DNA from: Pyrinomonadaceae bacterium
Lineage (GTDB): Bacteria > Acidobacteriota > Blastocatellia > Pyrinomonadales > Pyrinomonadaceae
DNA: 29,219 bases
Assembly (NCBI GenBank): GCA_050748285.1
Contig: JBOGOW010000001.1
Span: forward strand, 1-29,219
Reading direction: 5' to 3'
Shown here: piece by piece, positions 16,880 to 25,900 of the stretch
How positions within the stretch are numbered: position 1 is the stretch's first letter
Layout: every line of letters starts with the position of its first letter
Program-made: the position numbers and the translations under genes
The notes under the pieces: generated by a model
What the model saw: only the letters and a program-made list of their open reading frames with translations
The model's database searches: none
What the model was told of the DNA's origin: nothing

Positions 16880-17620
16880 CTGAATGATTCCATCCAAATT
16901 TTAATTATTCCGTCGATCTTCGTCGTCGCGATCCTTTATTCATCTGTCGGGCATGGCGGGGCGTCGGGGTATTTGGCGGTGATGGCTTTTTTTGTAGTTG
17001 CGCCCGAGATCACGAGGCCGACGGCGTTGGTGCTGAATTTATTTGTGGCTTCGATAGGGACAGTGCAGTTTTATCGCGCCGGTTACTTTTCGTGGCGGAT
17101 ATTTCTTCCGTTTGCCGCGGCGTCTATTCCCTCAGCTTACGTCGGCGGTTTGATTCATTTACCGACCGATATTTACAAAATCGTGCTTGGCGTCGTGCTG
17201 ATGCTCGCGGCGGCGCGGCTTGCGATAAAACTAAAAAATGACGACCAGGTAAACGATCCGCCGATAGCTGCATGTCTCCTTATTGGTGCAGTAGTCGGTC
17301 TTTTGTCCGGTTTGGTCGGCGTCGGCGGCGGCATCTTTTTGACGCCGATATTGCTGCTGATGCGATGGGCAGAAACGCGTGTTGCGGCCGGCGTTTCTGT
17401 ACTTTTCATTCTGGTAAATTCTGCCGCAGGTTTGTTTGGGCAATACTCAAGAGGCGCGCTTGACGGGCTTCCTGCCGAAATATGGTTGTGGATAGGCGCG
17501 GCTGTTGTTGGCGGTTTGATCGGCTCTACGTTGGGCTCAAAAAAGTTCGATTCGATCACGATGCGGCGCGTTCTTGCGGCGGTGTTGTTATTTGCGAGTG
17601 TTAAACTGATGTTTGTTTAG
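16880..17620 (+). CDS. Sulfite exporter TauE/SafE family membrane protein (start uncertain)
   Basis: The in-frame sequence upstream of the ORF-track start encodes the conserved ILYSSVGHGGASGY; second repeat GLLSGLVGVGGGIFL.P; multi-TM. Confidence 0.85.
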   Translation: MNDSIQILIIPSIFVVAILYSSVGHGGASGYLAVMAFFVVAPEITRPTALVLNLFVASIGTVQFYRAGYFSWRIFLPFAAASIPSAYVGGLIHLPTDIYKIVLGVVLMLAAARLAIKLKNDDQVNDPPIAACLLIGAVVGLLSGLVGVGGGIFLTPILLLMRWAETRVAAGVSVLFILVNSAAGLFGQYSRGALDGLPAEIWLWIGAAVVGGLIGSTLGSKKFDSITMRRVLAAVLLFASVKLMFV

Positions 17621-17659
17621 GCATATTTTCGGACGGTTTAGCAATCAAACAGACGACGG

Positions 17660-18688
17660 ATGATTTTGCGTTTACTTTTTTTCGTGTTTTTCTCGTTCTT
17701 CGCGGTTAATACTTTCGCGCAGTCGGGGCGTGTCAAACCGGGCGAGTCGCCCTCGCCGACTCCAAAGCCTTCGATATTTGTAATAACCAACGACAAATTG
17801 CCGACCGCAAAGAACGGCGACGACGATGTTATTAGGGTCGAATCGGCTTTGGTGCCGATACCGGTTTCGGTTCTCGACACAAACGGACGTTCAATTGCAA
17901 ATCTCAAACTTTCGGATTTTGAGCTTCGCATCGACGGCAAACCAGCCGAGATCAGCGAGCTTTCTCGGAGCGAATCGCCGATAAGGCTTGCGATGTTATT
18001 CGATAATTCGTCGAGCGTCCGCGTCGCACGCGAATTTGAAAAAGAAGCGGCCGTCCGATTTTTTCGACAGGTCGTGCGGCCTGACAAAGACCTTGCCGCT
18101 TTGTTCAGCGTTGCGACCATTACGCGGCTCGAACAGCGCCTGACGCGCGACGTTTCTGCTCTGACAAACGCCATCGAATATTTCCCGCCGCCCGAAGGCG
18201 CGACCGCTTTGCTCGAAGGTCTGATACAGGCCGCCAATTACTTGTTGGAGGTGCAGGGCCGTCGCGTTATCGTGATAGTTTCGGATGGCGACGACACAAA
18301 ATCCGATGCAACGCTTGAAGAAACCATTCGTGCGGTTCAATCCGCAAATTGCCAGGTTTTTATCGTAAAAACAACCGAGTTTGAGAATTTCAAACGAACT
18401 GGAATTCGCGGCGGCAATGCAAATATTCGACAACTCGCCGCCGAACGCAGAATGCTGGAACTCGCAAGGCAAACCGGCGGCGCCGTCTATTCGCCGATCG
18501 ACGAAAACGAACTCGACCGCGCTTTTGCACAAATTTCCGCCGAGCTGGCGCAGCAATACATTCTCAGTTATTACCCCGACGAGGAAACCGAAAAACGCGG
18601 CGAGTTTCGTGAGATCGCCATCGATATAAAAAGCCGAAAAAACTTGACTATCCGCACAAGAAAAGGGTATTACGTACCCAAGAGGTGA
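17660..18688 (+). CDS. VWA domain protein (VWFA-related Acidobacterial type)
   Basis: Signal peptide, MIDAS DNSSS, GATAL, VSDGDD, LA.QTGG, EL.QQY.LSYYP, R.RKGYY. Confidence 0.9.
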   Translation: MILRLLFFVFFSFFAVNTFAQSGRVKPGESPSPTPKPSIFVITNDKLPTAKNGDDDVIRVESALVPIPVSVLDTNGRSIANLKLSDFELRIDGKPAEISELSRSESPIRLAMLFDNSSSVRVAREFEKEAAVRFFRQVVRPDKDLAALFSVATITRLEQRLTRDVSALTNAIEYFPPPEGATALLEGLIQAANYLLEVQGRRVIVIVSDGDDTKSDATLEETIRAVQSANCQVFIVKTTEFENFKRTGIRGGNANIRQLAAERRMLELARQTGGAVYSPIDENELDRAFAQISAELAQQYILSYYPDEETEKRGEFREIAIDIKSRKNLTIRTRKGYYVPKR

Positions 18689-18691
18689 TTC

Positions 18692-18955
18692 ATGACACCA
18701 ACTGAAATAATTTCTGAGATCATCAAATTGCCGACCGCTGATTGGGAGACGATCAAGAAAACTGTCGATACCACGCGAACGAACGGCGAGGCAAGGCCCG
18801 AAATGACCGAGGATGAATTCGCACAATATTTGTTGGCCAAAGGCGTTATCAGCAGTATTCCGACGGGCGAAACGGATGAAGAATTTGACGATTTTGACCC
18901 TGTAACGGTCGCGGGCGAACCGCTATCTGAGGTAATCATCAGGGAACGACGCTGA
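18692..18955 (+). CDS. Putative antitoxin (VapB-like)
   Basis: 87 aa, acidic C-terminus ending G.PLSEVIIRERR; TGATG-coupled to the PIN gene. Confidence 0.7.
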   Translation: MTPTEIISEIIKLPTADWETIKKTVDTTRTNGEARPEMTEDEFAQYLLAKGVISSIPTGETDEEFDDFDPVTVAGEPLSEVIIRERR

Positions 18956-19419
18956 TGACTGCATACTTTTTCGATAGCAGCGCTCTCGTGAAGCGATTCT
19001 CGAGAGAGGTTGGATCATCCTGGATCCTGAGCATCATTCGACCCTCCGCAAATAATTTTCTTGCAATCTCGGTTATTACAGGCGTCGAGGTCGTTGCGGA
19101 ATTGACAAGAAAATCGCGCGGCGGCAGTCTAGCCGCCCGGAAATATGAGAATGCGTTGTTGCGATTGGAAAGTGAACTCACCAATCGGTATTTTGTCGCA
19201 GACCTAACAAATTCAGTAGTCAAAAGTGCTATGGCACTTGCGAAAAAGCATGGCCTTCGCGGATATGACGCGGTTCAGTTGGCGGCCTGCCTCGAAGTTG
19301 CACGAAACCGAGAAGCTAACGGACTTTCTTCGCTGATATTTTTAACAGCGGATAACGATCTTCTGAAAGCTGCCGACGCCGAGGGGGTCACAGTAGAAAA
19401 CCCTAACGACCACCCTTAA
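18955..19419 (+). CDS. vapC: PIN-domain toxin (VapC family)
   Basis: YFFDSSALVKR...E, EV, LRGYDAVQLA, FLTADNDL..AA..EG; PIN acidic residues conserved. Confidence 0.88.
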   Translation: MTAYFFDSSALVKRFSREVGSSWILSIIRPSANNFLAISVITGVEVVAELTRKSRGGSLAARKYENALLRLESELTNRYFVADLTNSVVKSAMALAKKHGLRGYDAVQLAACLEVARNREANGLSSLIFLTADNDLLKAADAEGVTVENPNDHP

Positions 19420-19438
19420 GTTTTGGTAGCGGGCTAAG

Positions 19439-20353
19439 ATGTACAGCAACTCTCTCAAACTATTCCTCGATCACCTCAAATTCGAACGTAATCTGTCCGG
19501 TCATACGATCCGTAATTACGAGAGCGATCTTGAACAATTTCACTCGTTCTTGTTGAAGATCGAGCGGCGTGAGGATTTTCCGGTCGAGCAGATCGATAGA
19601 TTGACGATTCGCGAATGGATGGCATCGCTGCATTCGGCTGGGAAAAAGAAGGCTTCGGTCGCACGAAAACTTGCAAGCCTGCGTACATTTTTTCAGTTTC
19701 TGATACGCGACGGAAAGCTCGATTCAAACCCCGCAAAACTCGTCGCCACGCCGCGCATCGAGCGTAAACTTCCGAATCATCTTTCGATGGAAGACGCCGT
19801 CCGGTTTATCGAAACGCCTGACATCAACACCGATCTCGGCCGCCGCGACCGCGCGATCATCGAATTTCTTTACGCCACAGGAATCCGCGTAGGCGAGCTC
19901 GTGACGATAAACCTGCGCGATGTCGATTTTAGTGAAAGGTTGGTCCGCGTTACCGGCAAACGAAAAAAACAGCGGATAGTTCCGTTTCACGAACACGCAC
20001 TTCAAGCGCTGATGCTCTACTTAACCCAAACGCGGCCGGCGTTTTTGAATAACTGCCCGCCGGTCGAAAGGGACGACCAAGCAGCCTTTTTGAATTACCA
20101 AGGCACGCGGATAAGCACCCGCAGCGTCGGGCGAATGATAGATAAATACATCAAACAATGCGCAGACATCCACAACATTTCGCCACACTCGCTTCGTCAT
20201 TCCTTCGCAACTCACCTTCTCGACCAAGGTGCCGACCTCCGCGATATTCAGGAACTCCTCGGCCACGCAAGACTCTCAACTACGCAGATATACACGCAGG
20301 TCTCGATGAAAAAAATGATCGACGTTTACCAAAAAGCTCACCCTAAGGCCTAG
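19439..20353 (+). CDS. xerC: Tyrosine recombinase XerC
   Basis: N-terminal [72 protein letters not shown]; near trmFO as in the common trmFO-xerC neighbourhood. Confidence 0.9.
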   Translation: MYSNSLKLFLDHLKFERNLSGHTIRNYESDLEQFHSFLLKIERREDFPVEQIDRLTIREWMASLHSAGKKKASVARKLASLRTFFQFLIRDGKLDSNPAKLVATPRIERKLPNHLSMEDAVRFIETPDINTDLGRRDRAIIEFLYATGIRVGELVTINLRDVDFSERLVRVTGKRKKQRIVPFHEHALQALMLYLTQTRPAFLNNCPPVERDDQAAFLNYQGTRISTRSVGRMIDKYIKQCADIHNISPHSLRHSFATHLLDQGADLRDIQELLGHARLSTTQIYTQVSMKKMIDVYQKAHPKA

Positions 20354-20365
20354 GAAGAAATTTGG

Positions 20366-20445
20366 CCACAGATGAACACGGATTCAATAGATTATTCACG
20401 GATCAGATCAGCGAAAATCCGCTTGATTCGCGGTATCCGTGTTCC
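20366..20445. repeat. Short inverted element, family D-like
   Basis: ccacagatgaacacggat...cacggat followed by reverse units atcagcg..atccgc..atccgtgttc; IR gaacacggat (20374-20383) / atccgtgttc (20435-20444); may act as the xerC terminator. Confidence 0.65.
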
Positions 20446-20514
20446 TTATCTTTGCGAAAACAAAGCAGTTTCGCTTATTATCTCTAAAACACTAGGTGAA
20501 TAAGATTCAATAAT

Positions 20515-22776
20515 ATGAAAAAACATTTCCTTTTAGTCGTCGTCTTTTTCGCTTTCACTGCTTTCGTTTTCGCACAAAACAAACTGCTCACGCTTGACCA
20601 GATCTTCAGCCCCGATGTGTCGAAACGTGTCGCGTTTGGCGGCAGTCCGGCGAGGATATCGTGGGCGGCGGACGGCAAGTCGTTTCGGGAAGTGCGCGGC
20701 GGAAAGCTTTTGCGTGTCGATCCTATCACGGGGAACTCGGTGCCGTATTACGACAGTGAAAAATTTGCAAATGCACTGCGAACGACCGCCGGCGTCTCGC
20801 AGGAAGAGGCGAACCGGATCGCAAATTCGCTTGGCGTCCATTTTAACGAGATAGAAACCGGCATTCTCGTAAACAACGGAAACGACCTTTGGCATTACGG
20901 CATAAATTCAGGCGTGCTAAAGCGGCTTACGAACAACAAAGACCAAGAGCTCGAAGAAGATTTTAGTCCCGACGGCAAGACGATAAGCTTTGTTCGCGGC
21001 AACGATCTTTACGTTATCGATATAGCTACCGGCAAGGAAAATCAATTGACGCGCGACGGCGGCGACCGCATTTTTAACGGCTATCTCGTTTGGGTTTACG
21101 AGGAAGAACTTTACGGACGCGGCAACAATCGCGGCTATTGGTGGTCGCCGGATTCGAAATACATCGCGTTTCTGAGGCTCGATGATTCAAAGGTGCCGCC
21201 GTTCGTTTTGCCGAATGATGTTCCCACCGATCAGATTGTTGAAGACACGCGTTATCCGCAGGCGGGCGATCCGAATCCGCTCGTCCAGCTTGGTATCGCG
21301 GATATAAACAAACGGTCAATATTGCCAAACCCGGCACGTATTCCAAAGGTCGGCGAAAAAATTCCTGCCAGCATCGCACGCATCGGCGATGCTGTAAAAT
21401 TCGTCGATCTCAAAAAACACAAACCCGAAGATCTTCTTATTGCGCGAGTTGCATGGTCGTTAGATAGCAGCTCAATCTTATTTCAAGCGCTAAATCGGGA
21501 GCAGACATTTCTCGACCTCAATGTCGCGCGCCTCGACGGTTCTATAACGAACGCGTTTCAGGAAACAACACCCGCGTGGGTCGAGGTTTACGGCAATCCG
21601 ACATTTTTGAAAAGCGATGGAATGTTTGTTTGGGAGTCCGCAAAAACCGGCTGGAAGCATCTTTATCTTTATGATGGAAACGGGAAACTCGTACGACAGC
21701 TAACGAATGGTGAATGGGAAGTGCGCAATTTTTACGGCGTCGATGAAGCAGGCGGCTGGGCTTATTTTTCTGCTTCGAAAGACAGCCCGATCGCCGACAA
21801 CGTTTATCGCGTTTCGCTAAAAGGCGGCGAGCCGCAGAGACTAACTGAAGGCGATGGCAATCATTCGGCGGTATTTAATTCCACATTCACACAATTTGTT
21901 CATAGTGTCAGCAATGTAAACGAACCGAACAAGACCACTTTACGAAAAGCCGACGGCTCGCTCGAACGCGTGATCAGCGAGAACAAGGTTCCCGCATTGG
22001 CCGAATACAAACTTGGGCAGACCGAGTTTATGAAAGTAAAAACGCGCGATGGTTTTGAGATGGAGGCGATGATGATCAAGCCGCCTGATTTCGATCCGAC
22101 GAAAAAATATCCGGTACTTCAGTACGCTTACGCCGGTCCGCATTCGCAGACGGTGCGAAATTCGTGGGGCGGCAACCGATATATGTGGCATCAAATGCTC
22201 GCCCAAAAAGGTTACATTATTTGGAGCTGCGATAACCGCACCGCAAGCGGCAAGGGCGAGGTTTCGACATGGCCGGTTTACAAAAATATGGGACCGCTCG
22301 AACTTCGCGATATCGAAGACGGCATCGCTTATTTGAAAACGCTTCCCTATGTTGACAGCGACCGCTTGGGGTTCTGGGGCTGGAGCTATGGCGGATTTAT
22401 GACAAGCTACACGCTGACACACAGCAAGACTTTCAAAATGGGAATCGCCGGCGGCACTGTTTCCGATTGGGCACTTTACGATTCGATCTACACAGAGCGC
22501 TATATGGCGACGCCGCAGAATAACAGGGATGGATATGCAAGCACGTCGGTAATTCGCGCCGCAAAAAATCTCGACAGCAAGCTGCTGCTTATCCACGGTG
22601 TGATGGACAACAACGTCCATATGCAAAACACCATCCAGCTTGTCAACGAGCTTCAAAAACACAACAAGCAATTCGAACTAATGCTCTACCCAACCCAACG
22701 CCACGGCGTCTCAAACCCCGCACAGGTCAGACACATGTACGGCATGATGACGGATTTTATTTTGCGTAATCTTTAA
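20515..22776 (+). CDS. S9B dipeptidyl-peptidase IV family serine peptidase
   Basis: Signal peptide, WVYEEE motif, GWSYGG nucleophile, HGVMDNNVH and C-terminal His. Confidence 0.95.
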   Translation: MKKHFLLVVVFFAFTAFVFAQNKLLTLDQIFSPDVSKRVAFGGSPARISWAADGKSFREVRGGKLLRVDPITGNSVPYYDSEKFANALRTTAGVSQEEANRIANSLGVHFNEIETGILVNNGNDLWHYGINSGVLKRLTNNKDQELEEDFSPDGKTISFVRGNDLYVIDIATGKENQLTRDGGDRIFNGYLVWVYEEELYGRGNNRGYWWSPDSKYIAFLRLDDSKVPPFVLPNDVPTDQIVEDTRYPQAGDPNPLVQLGIADINKRSILPNPARIPKVGEKIPASIARIGDAVKFVDLKKHKPEDLLIARVAWSLDSSSILFQALNREQTFLDLNVARLDGSITNAFQETTPAWVEVYGNPTFLKSDGMFVWESAKTGWKHLYLYDGNGKLVRQLTNGEWEVRNFYGVDEAGGWAYFSASKDSPIADNVYRVSLKGGEPQRLTEGDGNHSAVFNSTFTQFVHSVSNVNEPNKTTLRKADGSLERVISENKVPALAEYKLGQTEFMKVKTRDGFEMEAMMIKPPDFDPTKKYPVLQYAYAGPHSQTVRNSWGGNRYMWHQMLAQKGYIIWSCDNRTASGKGEVSTWPVYKNMGPLELRDIEDGIAYLKTLPYVDSDRLGFWGWSYGGFMTSYTLTHSKTFKMGIAGGTVSDWALYDSIYTERYMATPQNNRDGYASTSVIRAAKNLDSKLLLIHGVMDNNVHMQNTIQLVNELQKHNKQFELMLYPTQRHGVSNPAQVRHMYGMMTDFILRNL

Positions 22777-22791
22777 GTTGTTAGTTTCGAG

Positions 22792-22833
22792 AAAAAAGGC
22801 GGATCGGCATTAATTTTGCCGATCCGCTTTTTT
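22792..22833. terminator. Intrinsic (bidirectional-looking) terminator
   Basis: aaaaaa-g-gcggatcggca-ttaattt-tgccgatccgc-tttttt, 11-bp stem flanked by A and T runs. Confidence 0.88.
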
Positions 22834-22933
22834 CGGAATTGAGCCCCGCCAAAAAGCAACCAAACCAATTCGACCCCGCATCTCACAGCGCAAGTTCCGA
22901 GAGGAAACTAAAAAAATCAAACGAAATATCGAG

Positions 22934-25900
22934 GTGATCGCGATGTGCGGCAAGCTCTGTCCCTTGTTCGTAATAGTATTAGTGTGTTCGATTTCGGCAG
23001 CGGCTCAGGTTGTGGTCGAATCTGAATCCACCTTTTCAATCCGCGAAAACTATGCGGTCGTCAATCTTGCGGTGAAAAACGGTTCCGATATTTCGCGCGT
23101 TTCTCAATCGGTCGAACTCATTGATATTGATGGAGTTAGAAAGGCGGGAACCACATCGGGCAAACTCCTTGAAATTAATGGAAAGAAAATGCTCGAATTT
23201 AGGCTGCCGATTGCCGAGCTCGGCAATTCGATATCGGAAGATCTTGCGTGGTATCGGCTTCGATACCGTGTTGGCGATTCGACCGGCATCATTTCGATGT
23301 CGCAGATGCTTCACGACCTATTCGAGCTTCGCATCATCGCTGCCGACAACATTCTTTCAGGCATGACCTATCGCGTCCGCGTTCGAGCGTTGAGTCCGTT
23401 TACCGAAAAGCCTGCGGCAAATGTGAAGATCGAAACCGCTATCGAACTCGAACTTCAGGGCGAGGACAAACAAGTTTTGAATTTCGTCGGCTCGGGTGAA
23501 ACCGATGTTGACGGTTTTGCGGTTGTCGATTTTCGCATTCCGCCCGAAACGAAACTCGACGGTGACGGCGAGGTGCAAGTTGTTGGGCGAAAGAACGGAA
23601 TCATCCGAGAAGCAAAAGAAGACATCAACGCACTGAAACAAGATCTTCAATTTCTGATGATGACTGACAAGCCGATTTATCAGCCCGAACAAACATTGAA
23701 TATTCGTGGGATTTTGTTCAAAGGCGGCGAATCGAAAACTGTGCTCAACAATTCCGAGATCGAATTCAGGATCGAAGATGAAGATGACACGTTGCTCTAT
23801 CGCGAAAAGGTTCTCTCGTCCGTATTCGGAGTTGCGGCCGTTGCCTGGCGGATACCTGCAAACGCAAAACTCGGCGATTATCGCATCGAGGTTCGCGGAG
23901 AAAACGGCGAACAGATCGGCGGCAATCGCGTCAAAGTCTCGCGTTATGATCTGCCGAATTTCGTTGTAAATACAAAATCTTCAAAGCCGTATTATCTGCC
24001 CGAAGACCGCGAGGCCGAGATCGAAATTCACGGCGATTATCTTTTCGGTAAACCTGTTACGCGCGGGCGTGTTCGCGTTGTCGAAGAAACAAGCCGCGAG
24101 TGGAATTACAAGGAACAGAAATACGAAACAGACGAAGGTGAGGTCCGCGAGGGCGAGACAAATGCGGACGGTAAATTCATCGCCAGATTCGAGCTAAAGG
24201 AAAAACACGAAGACCTAAAAGAAGATGACTGGCGAAAACATCGCGATATCCGTTACGCTGCCTATTTCACCGATCTCACGACAAACAAAACCGAGCAGCG
24301 ACGTTTTGACATTCGCGTTTCGCGTGAGCCGATTCATGTTTATCTCATAAGAACCGAATACGACAATAACCCGCAACTGCCTGTAATCGGTTATGTTTCC
24401 ACGTTTTACGCCGACGGAACGCCAGCCGAATGCGAAGTTGATTTGAAAGCCAGCGAAGAAAATGAAGGCAAATTCAAAACCTATGCTCGGCTCAAAACGA
24501 ACGCTCACGGCGCGGCGAAGTTTTCTATTTCCCGTCCAAAGATCGGCGACCCCGACGATGATCTCGATTTCGTAGTTGTTGCGAAGGACAAGGCAGGACG
24601 CCGCGGAACGTCTCGAACGGAAACAATGAATTTCGACGAGGACGAGCAAGTGATTCAGATTGCGACCGACCGAGCGATCTACAAACCGGGCGAGAGGATA
24701 AATGTCTCACTGCGTTCGACCGTAAAATCCGGCACGGTTTACCTTGACGTCGTCAATGGTTGGACTGTGATCGATTCGTATTTCTTAAAACTTGCAAACG
24801 GTGGTGCCGAGCTAAAAATCCCTTACAGCGACGCATTTAAGGGCGAACTCAAGATCGCCGCATTTGTCGAAGATCGGGAGGATGACGATGAATTGATCCG
24901 TGCCAGCCGGGGCGTTATCTTTCCGACGCGTCAGGGAATCAATGTTGATGCAAGTTTTGACAAGGCAGTTTACAAGCCGAACGAGGAAGCGACGGTAAAA
25001 TACCGCGTTCTTGATGCTGTCGGCGGTGCGATCGAAAGCGCTCTCGGCGTCGTTATTATCGACAAGGCGGTCGAGGAACGGGCGCGAACGAATGCCGAAT
25101 TCGGCGGCATGTTTCAAGGTCTTGGCAGTTGGCTCGGCTATGGCAGCAGCTTTGGCGGGATAAACGTAAAGGACCTGAACGAGCTCGACCTTTCCAAGCC
25201 GATCTCGCCCGAAATGCAGCTTGTCGCGGAAGTGATTCTTCACGACAGCTATTACTATCCAAATCTTTTCCACAGCGATCGTTATTACGATCAGGCAAAA
25301 TCGGTATTTGGCGCTGGCATAGCAAAACAACTTCAGCCGTTGGCCAACGCGCTTGCAAGCGCATACAAAGAACGCGGATATTTACACGCGACCGACGACG
25401 AAAGCCTTCGAAAAATTCTCTCGCTTTATTCCGTGAATCTTAATGAATTTCGTGATCCGTGGGGCGTCCCGTACAAATCGAATTTCTCAATTAATAAAAC
25501 GCAGGATATTGTTTCGATCATTTCCGCCGGGCCGGATAAACAGTTCGAAACGCGCGATGATTTTACGGCATATTCCGCGCCGTTCGAGTATTTCACGCCG
25601 ATGGGCAAGGCGATTGACACGGCTGTAAAAAATTATCACGAGCGAACCGACAGATTTATTTGGGACGAAAATGCTCTTTTCGACGCCGTCGGAATTCGTG
25701 AATTGAAAGACCGATTTGGCCGACCGTATCGTATCACCTTCGAAGCCGATGGGCCGTTCCTTCAATTGCGCATTCGCAGTGGTGGGAGAGACAGAAAATT
25801 CGAACAATACGAATGGAGCGGCGATGATTTTCAGGTTTGGTCAAACAGACAGGACTATTTTTCACCGGTCGAAAGGAAAATAAAAGACGCGCAGAACGCT

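Noticed and set aside
19439..20353. Tyrosine recombinase as the integrase of the phage-like module
   Set aside because: Size and motifs are those of housekeeping XerC, it lies near trmFO, and it is 13 kb from the module with host genes between.
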